This document shows, piece by piece, positions 52,109 to 63,300 of a stretch of DNA of 64,000 nucleotides (its first letter is position 1; every line of letters begins with the position of its first letter). Origin of the DNA: Candidatus Nanoarchaeia archaeon (GTDB lineage: Archaea; Nanobdellota; Nanobdellia; Pacearchaeales; GW2011-AR1); contig DATDSF010000038.1 of the NCBI GenBank assembly GCA_035291345.1, positions 23,845 through 87,844 on the forward strand, given 5' to 3'. Both the position numbers and the translations under genes were made by a program. The notes below the pieces were generated by a model. That model was not told where the DNA came from, did not search any database, and was given only the letters and a program-made list of their open reading frames with translations.

Positions 52109-53236
52109 ATGCCAGAACCAGTAAAAAAACGTATGACCATTGGTACTACAGCACAACAACGGGAAATGAATCAAGAACCCGAAAATTATCTTGATGATCA
52201 GATTAAACTTGCTGAGGGTAATAACCTTCTTCGTATTGTTCAAGGCCCTTTCAAGATTAAGACAGTTTTCTATCCTTCTATTAAAGAAACAGAAGAGAAT
52301 AATGAGAAGTTTTATGCTCCTACATTGATTGCTCTTAATTTTCTTGAATCAGGTGGAGTAGTTGATACTCTCTTCTCAATTGAATCTATAATCCGCTCAG
52401 GATTAGGTGATAAAGGAGAAGTAGGTTGGAAACCACAGCTCAGATGGTGGTTCTTTGCATTAAATCTTCAAGAACGTGGAGAAAAGAAAGTAAGAGCTTT
52501 CAAGGCTACAAAAGGTATCAGAGATGATATCAAAAGTCTTGAAGAATCACTTGATCCACTTGATCCTACTTTCCTACTTAATGGTCCTTTCTTCTTGTAT
52601 CCAATCCTTATTAACAAGAGCGTTGACCCAACTAAACCTAAGAAATTTGGTACCAAATATACAGTATCTGTATATGATAATCAATGGAAAAGTCAAATTC
52701 CTGCTGATTGGTTAAATGCTACATCTGAAGAAATCATTGACAGTCTAGGTGTTGAAAAAATCTTCACTGAAGATGAAATTAATGCTATCAATTCTTGTGA
52801 AATTGATTTAGATGAGATTATTAAACCAATGAATGAACTTGAAATCAAAGAGAAATTGATGAAATTTCCAATGAATCTCAAGGGTTTGAAAGTTAATTCA
52901 GCAGATTTTTTCTATCCACAAGTCCCAGAATTTGAAGAACAAATCAAAACTTTAGGTCTTCCCACTGTTAAATTTGACTTTAAAGATTCAACTTCAAAGG
53001 TTAAGGTTGGTGCTCAATCATCCATTAAAACATCCGGTGATGAATCTCCAAGAAGACTTTCGTTAAGTAAAAAAGAGACTCCAGCTGAAGAGAATGTTGT
53101 TGACGCAGTTTATACTGATGTTAAATCTGAAACTCCACCAGCTGAAGTAGAAACAAAAACTAAAATTGAACCAAAACCGGCTGATGAAGCACCTAAGAAA
53201 CGTACTTTAGGTGGATTAAAGAAAAACAATCTATAA
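52109..53236 (+). CDS. putative gp32-like single-stranded DNA-binding protein
   Basis: IKLAEGNNLLRIV, GTKYTV, low-complexity tail, strong AGGAGG SD, directly before recA. Confidence 0.6.
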   Translation: MPEPVKKRMTIGTTAQQREMNQEPENYLDDQIKLAEGNNLLRIVQGPFKIKTVFYPSIKETEENNEKFYAPTLIALNFLESGGVVDTLFSIESIIRSGLGDKGEVGWKPQLRWWFFALNLQERGEKKVRAFKATKGIRDDIKSLEESLDPLDPTFLLNGPFFLYPILINKSVDPTKPKKFGTKYTVSVYDNQWKSQIPADWLNATSEEIIDSLGVEKIFTEDEINAINSCEIDLDEIIKPMNELEIKEKLMKFPMNLKGLKVNSADFFYPQVPEFEEQIKTLGLPTVKFDFKDSTSKVKVGAQSSIKTSGDESPRRLSLSKKETPAEENVVDAVYTDVKSETPPAEVETKTKIEPKPADEAPKKRTLGGLKKNNL

Positions 53237-53245
53237 GGAACTTAT

Positions 53246-54217
53246 ATGGCTTTGAATAAAGAATTAAGGGATGGTCTTAGAGAATTGTTTCCTACTTATA
53301 GAGTAGCTAATGAATCAGTACCTGTACAGGTTATAAAGACTAGATGGCCATCTCTGAATGATATAGTTTTAGGTTGTGGCGGGATTCCAGTAGGACGTTC
53401 AATTGAGCTATATGCTCCACCTTCAGCAGGAAAGACAACTGTTGCAATTAATTTAATTGCTGAGTTCCAGAAACAAGGATTACTTTGTGCTTTTGATGAT
53501 AGAGAAGGTTCTTTCATGGAAGCAAAATACACTGATGGCGCCGGTTTAGATAGATCTGAATTAGTAATGATAGATTCTTCAACTGGGAATGATTGTTTAT
53601 TTCAATGTCAGTTAGCTATTGCTACAAATGCTTTTAATTTATACGTAATTGATTCTGTTGCTGCAATCATGCCAGAAGGAGCTTCAGTTGTTGATAATGC
53701 TGACGGTTTAAATATGAATGAAAAACTACAAAGAGCTAGTTTGTTAACTGGATTTTACTCACAACTCAGAAGTGGCTATTTCATTGGTAAACCTGGTACA
53801 TCTAAAAAAGATGGTACTTATAATCAAGAAAATATGATTGAAGCTGATAAGATTTACCAGATTAATGGTAAACCTAATAAGTTTCTTCATAAATTAACTG
53901 ATAAAATTACTACTCTTATCATGATTAATCACATGAAGACACGTCCTGGACAATCATTTGGAGATTCTACGACAACTTCTGGTGGTGATTCTGGTAAATT
54001 TGACGCTTCTATAAGACTAAGGATTACTCACAAAAAACGTTCTAAAAAGAAAGATAAATGGGGACGTCATGAGTATAAATTGGTTGAGATTAAAGCCGAT
54101 AAAAACAAATGTGCACCTCCTAATGGAGCAGCTTTATTTATGCTTTATTCAAATGGGCGTCTTGAAGAGTTTGATAAATCAGCTGCAAATGATGCTGATA
54201 TGGAAGACGTAGAATAA
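53246..54217 (+). CDS. recA: RecA/UvsX recombinase
   Basis: GGIPVGRSIELYAPPSAGKTT, VIDSVAA, KFDASIRL, KNKCAPP. Confidence 0.93.
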   Translation: MALNKELRDGLRELFPTYRVANESVPVQVIKTRWPSLNDIVLGCGGIPVGRSIELYAPPSAGKTTVAINLIAEFQKQGLLCAFDDREGSFMEAKYTDGAGLDRSELVMIDSSTGNDCLFQCQLAIATNAFNLYVIDSVAAIMPEGASVVDNADGLNMNEKLQRASLLTGFYSQLRSGYFIGKPGTSKKDGTYNQENMIEADKIYQINGKPNKFLHKLTDKITTLIMINHMKTRPGQSFGDSTTTSGGDSGKFDASIRLRITHKKRSKKKDKWGRHEYKLVEIKADKNKCAPPNGAALFMLYSNGRLEEFDKSAANDADMEDVE

Positions 54218-54223
54218 TCAATT

Positions 54224-54252
54224 GAGCCAGTATTTCTACTGGCTCTTTATTT
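54224..54252 (+). terminator. intrinsic terminator
   Basis: GAGCCAGTA-tttc-TACTGGCTC-TTTATTT. Confidence 0.7.
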
Positions 54253-54265
54253 ATAAGGACTTTTT

Positions 54266-54949
54266 ATGAAAATTCTTTGTTTAGATATTGCTTCTAAAAC
54301 AGGATTTGCTGTATTTAATTATAATTTTAATGAAGATTTTGAGCTTACTCTTATTAATAAAGGCGTTTTTGACATGTCAAAAGCTTCACCTCTTCATAAA
54401 AGATATAAGCCCGGTTTAGAACATCCACTTGACTTCATCAATTTCATTGACGCACAAATGGACCCAATTGAGGCTTTTATATTAAAAGAAAGACCTAATA
54501 TTATTGTGGTTGAGCAGACTAACAAAGGAAGAGATCGTTGGAGACAGAAATTACTTGAATGGATGCATAGAGAACTGATCTGGAGAATCATGAGCATAAA
54601 TGAAAATGATAATGCAATACCACTAAAAGAAGATGGGAGTATAGATGAAATTAAACTCTATTACTTAGATACAATGGAATGGAGAAATATTTTAGGTATT
54701 AGGGTTGGAAAAGAAGAAAGAAAATCAAATAAGTCAGCAAGAAAATTAAGGGCAGAACTTAAAGAAAGAAAAGCTGCTGGAGAAGAAGTATCATTTAAAG
54801 GGGTTGAGGTTATTAGAAATGCTAAAAAAGTAACTATTGATTATGTTAATAGATTATATGGATTAACCCTAAAAAAGAAAGACGATGACATTGCTGATGC
54901 AATATGTCTAGGTCTTGCAATTGTAAGAAAACCAGGAATAAAGTTATGA
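54266..54949 (+). CDS. RuvC-like Holliday junction resolvase
   Basis: ILCLDIASKTGFA, IVVEQ, DDIADAICLG. Confidence 0.85.
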   Translation: MKILCLDIASKTGFAVFNYNFNEDFELTLINKGVFDMSKASPLHKRYKPGLEHPLDFINFIDAQMDPIEAFILKERPNIIVVEQTNKGRDRWRQKLLEWMHRELIWRIMSINENDNAIPLKEDGSIDEIKLYYLDTMEWRNILGIRVGKEERKSNKSARKLRAELKERKAAGEEVSFKGVEVIRNAKKVTIDYVNRLYGLTLKKKDDDIADAICLGLAIVRKPGIKL

Positions 54950-55422
54950 AAAAACATATTAGGCGTATTATGCTATCTTCAGTTTTAATTGTTGCATCAT
55001 TTTTAACTTCATATGCAAAAGATATTTCTGATGACACAAAAATAATAGTTGCTACATTAGTTTTGTGTACACTTGCTATATTACATAATAGAGGTTATCA
55101 TGAGTGAAAAAATTGGAATTAGGCTTGAAGAAAAAAATAAGTTCATTCTCCATACAGGTATGACTAAACTAAGTGCATATGAACAAACTCCGGCATTTGA
55201 TAGCATGATGAGAGCTAAACATAAATATGCATTAGTAGACTTTATTGAAAAGCATTTTGATAAAGACATATGTATACCAAATCCTAGAATACAAGAATTA
55301 ACTTATTCTACGGCATTAATCATACTTACACCAGGGGAACTTAAAGAGATTATTAAAGATTTTTATCTTATGGGTAAAGGTGAGAAAGATCATATTGAAT
55401 CTATTGAAGTGGAGATTAAGTA

Positions 55423-56511
55423 ATGAAATATGGTTTCATAGCAGATATACACTTAGCAACAAGTGATAATTTATCACCTATTGATGGGGCTTCTGGTCTT
55501 TCAATCAGAACACTTGATAAATTAAAAGCTCTTGATAAAGCATTAAATATTTCAGTAGAAAGAGGTTGTGAGGTATTCTTTTTAATTGGTGATATATTTG
55601 ATAAGTTAAACCCACCAGATAGATTGAAAAAAGCTTTTTATGAAACTCTTAAACCTTATTTCTATAAGATTGGGTTGCATATAATAGTAGGAAACCATGA
55701 TGGAGCAGACTTCACAAACAACTATTTATCTGAACAATTATTAATGGAGGAAGTTGAAAATCCTCCAATTCATATTATTGATAAAATTAAAACTCTTTCT
55801 CTGGGTATAAAAGGGGATGAAATATTAGTTATACCTTGGACAATTGATGGCGCATCTGTTGAGACAGCAGTTATTGAAGCTAATAAAAATATTCTTTGCC
55901 TTGCACATCATGAAATTTCAGGTGCGGTTGCTTCAACTGAATATGTACTCACGGGAGGATTTCCTGCAGGAATGTTTGATAAATTTAGACATACATTTAT
56001 GGGACATTATCACAGATACCAGATTATAAAAAAAGTAACATATGTTGGTAGCCCAATTATAAAAGATTTTTCAGAATTAGGAGTTGCAAAAGGATTTATA
56101 ATCTATGATTATTCTTCAAATAAAGCAGAATTTATTAATCTTGAAGAACGTAAAGCATATGTTATAACAATTAATGAACAAAATGCAGAAGAAATTGAGG
56201 CCTGGCTTGAACAAGAGCAAATAAAAGAAGGTTCTCTTATAAAGATTATTCTAGAAGGAGATGTTCATTGGGTTCGCCAAAGTAGGCCGGTTGTATATGA
56301 AGTATTTCATGCATTAAATCCATTAAAACTTATAATTGATAAAAAGATTTTGAAACAAAATATTGAAAATGCTACACAAGAAGCTATACTTAATTCAACT
56401 AATAGACTTGACAGGCTTAAAAAATTCTCAAAAGATGTAGATAAATCATGGATAGATTATGGTTTAAAGATATACACTCAGGCAGAGAATAAATTCATGG
56501 AAGGATCTTAA
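55423..56511 (+). CDS. SbcD/Mre11-like nuclease
   Basis: ADIH, GDIFD, GNHD, GHYH, YVGS. Confidence 0.92.
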   Translation: MKYGFIADIHLATSDNLSPIDGASGLSIRTLDKLKALDKALNISVERGCEVFFLIGDIFDKLNPPDRLKKAFYETLKPYFYKIGLHIIVGNHDGADFTNNYLSEQLLMEEVENPPIHIIDKIKTLSLGIKGDEILVIPWTIDGASVETAVIEANKNILCLAHHEISGAVASTEYVLTGGFPAGMFDKFRHTFMGHYHRYQIIKKVTYVGSPIIKDFSELGVAKGFIIYDYSSNKAEFINLEERKAYVITINEQNAEEIEAWLEQEQIKEGSLIKIILEGDVHWVRQSRPVVYEVFHALNPLKLIIDKKILKQNIENATQEAILNSTNRLDRLKKFSKDVDKSWIDYGLKIYTQAENKFMEGS

Positions 56512-56981
56512 TATGGGCAGGCAAAAAGGAGCAGAAGTTAAAGCTTTTAATGTGAGTTTTGAAGAAAGATGTGAAGAATTAGGATGGGATTCAAAAAATA
56601 TTATAAGTAGTATAATTAAAGATCGATCTATTAATGGTAACCCTAAACAGATTATGAGCAAATCAAGAATACCAATACCTTCTAAACGTCGTAGAGGAGC
56701 ATCATGAAGAAATCTAAATTACTAAAATTAATAGTTAAAAAAGCTTGTGAAAATAATACTTTATTAGATGAAGATGATTTATTATGTGATATAGATGATC
56801 ATCATTCTCATATTCCATTAATCTTTTCACATGATTTTGCAAAAGCTTTTTGGGGAACAAATTTACATGATACAACAAAGTATGGTGAACAAGGATTACA
56901 GTTCACAGAACAAGAATGGGAATATCATTTAAAAAAGATGGTATTATATAAAGACCCAATAAAGTATTTGGAGCAATTTTT

Positions 56982-59153
56982 ATGAAATTAAAAAGTTTAG
57001 CTTTTGAAGGATTTGGTCTTTTTAAAACAAGGCAATTTATTGATTTTACAATGTTTCCAGAAAATGCCATTATTGGAATTTTTGGTACAAATGAGGATGC
57101 TGTAGGCTATGATTCTAATGCATCGGGTAAATCAACACTCTTAAATACAATTACTTGGTGCTATTTTGATAAAGTTCCAATCCAGTCTGATAGAGATTCT
57201 ACAATTGGAAAAATAGATATAATTAATGATCAGTGTGATAGAGTAGAAGTTACTGTAAATTTTATCTCTGATATTGGTAATGATGTTGTTTTTAAAAGTG
57301 TTAGGACTAGGAAAGATTCAAAACGACTGTATCTTGAAATTGATGGTGTAGAATGGAAATCTAATACTGATTCTCAAAAACGTGAAAAGCTATTCCAGAT
57401 ATTAGGTATTGGAGGTAAAAAGAAAGTTTATTTCAGTGATTTTTTAAACCATACTTATTTTACTGGCGAAACTACTAAAGGTTTTGCTTCAAAAAATTTT
57501 TCATCTAAAGACAGATGCTCAATGATATCAAGATTTAGAAAACTTGAAATTATGGATTATGCATCTGAATTGTCAAATATTGATAAGAAAAAAATCTCTG
57601 ATGAGATTATGTTACTTGAAAATAATTTAACTGTTCTTACAAACCAATTATCAAAAGATTTTGATGAAAAAGTAATTAAAAAAGAAATGAAAGTGATAGT
57701 TAGTACTATCAATGGAGTAAAGATTAAGATTGATGTTATTGAACAAGATTTGAAACAAGGTGAAGAATATAATAAAGCTCAAAGGAAAGTTTCTAGCTTA
57801 AAATTAGAATTAGGAGAAATTAAATCAAGAGTTGATGCTTATGTGAACGATATTGAAAAGATTTGCTGGTTATTAAACTCAAAGAAAAAAGAATTTGATT
57901 CAAATGAAAAGTTAATAAATGAGCTTTCAAGCAATAAAAAAATTGAAACTAAAGAAGTATATGATATCAAGTTAAAAGAGCTTGAAACTCAGTATACAGA
58001 ATATAAAGTAGAAATAAGTACTCTTGAAAAAAGAGCTAATGAATTAAGTGAGAAAATAGACCATATTAATTCTGGTAATTATCTCTCATGTCCAAAATGT
58101 AAATCAGAATTATTACTTAAAGAAAATGTTTTATCAGTAGTTAATAAATCAAAATTAGCTCAATTCATGTTAGATTATAAAACTGATATGACACAAATAG
58201 AATTAAAGATAAAAGAAATTAATGAAAATCTTTCTAATATTGTTAAGTATAGAATAGAAATAAAATCAAAACGTGATAAAGTAGTTGAAACTTCAACAAG
58301 ACTTGAAAGTTTGAAACATAATTCAAGAGTTATACTAAATATTATTGATACACATTTAACAGAACAAGAAGAAGGTGTTATTGTAAAAGATGCAACAGGT
58401 TCTTATAGTATTGATAAAACATTAAAAGAGTATTCAACTTATTCTGAGTATACAGAAAAATTAGATGAACTTAATAAAGTTATAAATGAGAGTTCACACC
58501 TTACTGAATCATTTTATAAAATGAGTGATTTAAATGAAAAGAATAATGAATTAAGAATTCTTGAATTGAAGTTACAAACAATGCAAAATCAGATTGATAT
58601 GTATAATAAAGTATCAAATCAGATTTTTGAAATACAAACTAAAGTTGCAGAAAAACATATAAAGCTTGAAATGTATGAATATTGGGTAAATGGATTTAAA
58701 ACTATAAAGAATATTGAGTTACTTGAAACTGAACCAATGTTAGAGCAAATTACAAATGATTTTTTAAGCAAGTTAGGTACTAATATTGAAGTTAATTATA
58801 AACTTGATGTTAATAATAGTGAATTAGATTTAGATCTTATTGAAGATTCTGGAGTACAACGTGTTCTTGAACTCTTTTCATATGGTCAATCAAATCGCAT
58901 TTCATTATCAGCAGGATTAGCCTTAAGAGAATTAAATCGTAACTCAAACATGGACTTTGGTTTTACTCTTTGGGATGAAGTATTAGATGGACTTGATGCT
59001 ACAGGGCAGGATCGGTTCTTTGATATCCTACGTGATATTAGCGGGCTGAAACTAGTGATTTCTCACGATATTAATCTAAAAAATTCTTTTGAGCATAGAA
59101 TAATAGTTAGCCGAAAGAATCATATTTCTAATATCAAGATTGAAACTAATTGA
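56982..59153 (+). CDS. SbcC/Rad50-like ATPase
   Basis: NASGKST, CPKC zinc hook, FSYGQ, DEVLDGLD, ISH. Confidence 0.92.
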   Translation: MKLKSLAFEGFGLFKTRQFIDFTMFPENAIIGIFGTNEDAVGYDSNASGKSTLLNTITWCYFDKVPIQSDRDSTIGKIDIINDQCDRVEVTVNFISDIGNDVVFKSVRTRKDSKRLYLEIDGVEWKSNTDSQKREKLFQILGIGGKKKVYFSDFLNHTYFTGETTKGFASKNFSSKDRCSMISRFRKLEIMDYASELSNIDKKKISDEIMLLENNLTVLTNQLSKDFDEKVIKKEMKVIVSTINGVKIKIDVIEQDLKQGEEYNKAQRKVSSLKLELGEIKSRVDAYVNDIEKICWLLNSKKKEFDSNEKLINELSSNKKIETKEVYDIKLKELETQYTEYKVEISTLEKRANELSEKIDHINSGNYLSCPKCKSELLLKENVLSVVNKSKLAQFMLDYKTDMTQIELKIKEINENLSNIVKYRIEIKSKRDKVVETSTRLESLKHNSRVILNIIDTHLTEQEEGVIVKDATGSYSIDKTLKEYSTYSEYTEKLDELNKVINESSHLTESFYKMSDLNEKNNELRILELKLQTMQNQIDMYNKVSNQIFEIQTKVAEKHIKLEMYEYWVNGFKTIKNIELLETEPMLEQITNDFLSKLGTNIEVNYKLDVNNSELDLDLIEDSGVQRVLELFSYGQSNRISLSAGLALRELNRNSNMDFGFTLWDEVLDGLDATGQDRFFDILRDISGLKLVISHDINLKNSFEHRIIVSRKNHISNIKIETN

Positions 59154-60004
59154 GGACCAAAGAAATGGCCAAACAAACTAAGAATTTCTTAAAACCAGAG
59201 CTTCAAAAAGGGGGAATTAATGAAGCTAGCAGTCAACATGCACAAAATGAGGCAGGATCAAATTTACCTGATTCAGTAACATTACCTTTAACAGAGATTC
59301 AAAAAGATATTGTTCCTCAGATTAAACCACAATTTGATTCTGAAGATGATTTATCTGCATTACCAGAAACAGAACTTAATAAACTAAATCTTGAAGAATT
59401 GAAAAAAAGAGTTCTCATTGGCGATGATCTCAAAGGATCTACTGGGTTTTCTATAACACCAGGGTTACTCGATAATACACAAGTAAAATCTGATGATAAA
59501 CTAAAAGTAAAAGGAATTGCTGGAGGTATAGAGCCTACTGAGGTTGATAACAGTAAATTAACTGACGAAGATATTAAAAAATTAAGCTTATCAAAAGAAG
59601 GAATTAATAAATTAAATCTTAAGAATAATCAAGCTGGTATTATTGGGACTATGAACATTAATGATAAAGAATTAATTGGGAAACAATCAGGTCCTGAAGA
59701 AATTGGTTTTAGAAAGATTGGAAATACATTAAGATATATAGATCCTGTTTTTGAAGCTATTAAAAAAGCTGTTGTTGAAGATCAGAAATCTAGGCTCCAT
59801 AGTATTAATTGTTTACAAGTAAATGATGGCCCTACACTAATTATATTTCAAGGTAATCGTGATAATGTTTGGGCTTATATTGAAGCTCGTCTTGATGTAG
59901 ACCATAGACTGATAAATAGAAACATTAAAATCTATAATTCTATCCTTAGACAAATCTTAAAATCTGCTGAAGCAACTAGAGGAATTGTTAATCTTTTCAA
60001 TTAA
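59150..60004 (+). CDS. hypothetical protein
   Basis: Long ORF with low-complexity N-terminal half. Confidence 0.6.
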   Translation: MRTKEMAKQTKNFLKPELQKGGINEASSQHAQNEAGSNLPDSVTLPLTEIQKDIVPQIKPQFDSEDDLSALPETELNKLNLEELKKRVLIGDDLKGSTGFSITPGLLDNTQVKSDDKLKVKGIAGGIEPTEVDNSKLTDEDIKKLSLSKEGINKLNLKNNQAGIIGTMNINDKELIGKQSGPEEIGFRKIGNTLRYIDPVFEAIKKAVVEDQKSRLHSINCLQVNDGPTLIIFQGNRDNVWAYIEARLDVDHRLINRNIKIYNSILRQILKSAEATRGIVNLFN

Positions 60005-60053
60005 GGTTTTCAGGATTTTATTTAACAATAAATTTATCAATACAATTCACTAC

Positions 60054-60090
60054 AAACTCCAGGTATATATCCTAACAAAACCTGGAGTTT
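60054..60090. terminator. inverted repeat between convergent gene blocks
   Basis: AAACTCCAGGT...ACCTGGAGTTT. Confidence 0.6.
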
Positions 60091-60116
60091 TCTGTAGATA
60101 ACAATCAATTGAAAAT

Positions 60117-60377
60117 TTACTTTCCAATTGGTCTTTTAGCAAAGCCTGCAGAAGCTATAAGTTCAGCAACATCATCATAATGCAAGCAATCACATAAACA
60201 AGCACCTACAACAGGTCCACCAAGTATTGGTGCTATGCTACCATTGCAGTAATCATTTCCTGGTTGAGCATCAAATAAAATGCCTATGGCATTGATATTT
60301 ACTGGACTATTTCCATAACCTGCAAGTGATACAACTTTATCACCATTTTTTGCTTCTCTGCCATTTCTGTAATGCAT
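60117..60377 (-). CDS. small Cys-rich hypothetical protein
   Basis: MHYRNGREAKNGD...CNG...CLCDCLH; AAAGGAG SD. Confidence 0.7.
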   Translation of the reverse strand: MHYRNGREAKNGDKVVSLAGYGNSPVNINAIGILFDAQPGNDYCNGSIAPILGGPVVGACLCDCLHYDDVAELIASAGFAKRPIGK

Positions 60378-60391
60378 TGTCTACTCCTTTA

Positions 60392-63300
60392 TTAGAATGG
60401 GTCTATCCCTTTTACCTTAATGTTTTGACTAAAATCTTTTAGATTAAAATCATGTGACATGAGATAGAAATCAGTTGAATAATCTTTGAAATTAGGAAGA
60501 TATTTCTTTGATCTAATTGTTACCTTGGTAAGCTTTGAGTCCGTAGTACTCACAATCTTAAAGAAAGGTAAATTATATGACTCACCAGCAACGTTCTGTG
60601 CTTGTATTAAATTTTTAATCTCAAAAATCAATCTCGGAAAAGCAGATTGAAATAGCATTAATCTTGTAGCATACTCAATAAAATTCCTTTGCATAAATCT
60701 ATTCTCTGGTAAATCTTCAGTTTTTTTACCATATCTGTATATTGAATCTTGATTAACAGCAGTATATTTTAAACTACTATTAGCTTCTAGTTGTAATCCA
60801 GGAGCTTTTATCTCTATGTAATCATAACCATTAGGATTCTGCCAAAAAACTCCGGTACTTCCATATTCAAAACCCACAAAAATCTTAGAGCCTCCAACTT
60901 CAACCAATGAATCATTTGATGTTGATGGACCTTTTGGTACCCAGTATGCTAGAATACTTTTATTAATTAGTGTTGAATCAGTCCCAATGGTTGGTAATAT
61001 AGAATTATTAAAAGGTATGATCTGAATCCAATGAGTAGATTTATTATCTATCACATATTCTTTTTTTGCATAAATTTGATATTCAGCATTTAAATCTGAA
61101 ATTCTAATAACTGTACCAATACCAAGATTCTTAAAAGAAGCAACTTGAAATTCAACTATATCAGTAGATAGATTATAAGTAGTACCTGCAACTCTTTGAA
61201 TAACACCAGTTGAAATGAAGGTAACTCCCTTATCACTCCAAGTATTATTTGACAAAGTTGTCTTATTATCATCCCCTTTAATAGCATTAGATCTGAAAAT
61301 AGAGACTGGAGTATATGCTGCAAAATCCTGACCTAAGTTCTCTTCAAGAATTATGATGTTACTTGAAAAATCTGCATCGATAATCATTCTACTTATCTGT
61401 TGAGAATTACCTTCTGTGTCTGTATAATTAACTACAAAAATATCCCCTATAGAGAGCTGATCACTGAGATTTGAGCCAAAAAATGATGGCAGATATATTT
61501 CTGTCTCGTTAGACGCAACGTCTCTATAGAGTTTAGTTTCAAATACAACATTATAAATAAGGTAAGCAAAACGAACATTGGTGAAGTATTTATTTGAGAC
61601 ATTAGTAGGATCTATATTCTTATATTCATTTTCAACATTAGGTACAGAACCAACCACAACAGTTTTTAACACAATATCATGAGCCATATCATCTTCTTGA
61701 CGTATTCTCAATGATATATCAAGATTAGTTCTACCATCATCAACTTGAGTAGTTAACATATTTGAACAGAGAGTTACATTCCATTCAATATCGCCCTTTT
61801 TTGCTACCATTGGTGTAGCAGTAATAACGTTTTTAATATCTACATCTAAAATCTTTTTCTTAGATATTACGGGATCTAAATCTAAGTCAATAAATATGCT
61901 TGCTTCATTTTCTAGTTCTCTTTTTATGAAAAAGAACTTATCATTATCAAAACCCATTATATAGTTAAATGCTCTAGCAATTTGGCTTAAAGCATCCCAT
62001 ACTTTTAAATTATTAAAATCTGCTAATTCCACTACTCCAGATAAATACTTATCATATTTGAATAAGTAGTTTTTTGAGTTTGATTTTTTAATATAGTTCG
62101 GTAAATAACCAGTTGATACTCCAAAAACAGTATTAAATCCAGTAACCAATTCTTGAAGTTCAAGATTAGATAAAATATTAGTATCACCAAAAGTAATATC
62201 ACTTATAAACCCTAATCTGTCTTCTGTTTCAGTAACTAAATCATATCTCCTGAGTTCCATTTTATTAGTAGATTCATCTCTATCATGTATTAGTACATAA
62301 TATAGATAATTATCAATACTTGATTTAATTAGTCTTGAGAACTGATATTTGCCATTAATAAAATGATTAGAATATAAAGGGTTTAGGTCAGAAAACTCAT
62401 CAACTGAAACACTTAAATTAGTTAGCTTTGCTAGACCAAAAGGAGTGCCTAATGAAGGTTTATATGCATTCTCTGCAAATGTTACTATTTTCTTTCTATC
62501 ATAATAAGATATAATTAATCCATTAGAAGTATACAGCATATCTGTAATTGTAGCTAACATTTTACTATAATTAGACTCATATAATACTGTAATAGTAGGA
62601 AGTGCAACACTGCTACTAAAATCAACTTTTAATATTCTTGTCTTATTATGCTTTTCACTTGTAAAAACTCCATCAGTATCTGTTTGATTATTGAAAGACA
62701 TTCCAGCTATAAATAATGTAGTACCATTTACTGCTGTAGCTGTAATCTGTAAAGGAACATTGACACCACTATAAGATTGAACCATGTCTGATAAAGTAAC
62801 TTCAGTAAATGTATTTAAAGCAAGATCATAAATAAAATATTTAAATCTTAATGTTTCTGGAACCATCTCTCCAGTATTATAATCAAAACTTTGTGTATTT
62901 AAATCTGCTTGTGAAAAATTACAATTACCTTTAGAACGTCTACTAACTTTGTCAAGTACTTGAATAAAGAAACTACCACTTATACCTAAAGTAGGTAAAT
63001 ACTCTATAGAGCCTTTTTGACCGGAAGTATATTTTAGCCAAGGCCAAGAAATACCTTCAGGATTAATTCTAGTATGTACCCCAAACAATTTACTGTCTTT
63101 TAACAATAAAGCTTCTTCATACCATGAAAAATAACCCGGATAAAAAGTTTTAGCAGTAAATTGATTTGGGAGATATGAAAAAGGATTATCTATATTATAG
63201 TAATCTATTGAAGGACAGTTACTATCATAATTTTCCTCAAAATATGCAGAATTCCTATTAAAGCCTTTTGTTGGGTTGTTATTATCAAGTATGAAATCTT

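Noticed and set aside
54266..54949. TnpB/Cas12-like RuvC effector
   Set aside because: Only 227 aa, no zinc finger or REC/WED region; its position between recA and sbcD fits a resolvase
4383..56661. Short ORFs antisense to or nested in longer genes (e.g. 4383, 12035, 15551, 19222, 22656, 28356, 37447, 49280, 53296, 56464)
   Set aside because: They overlap well-supported genes on the other strand or frame
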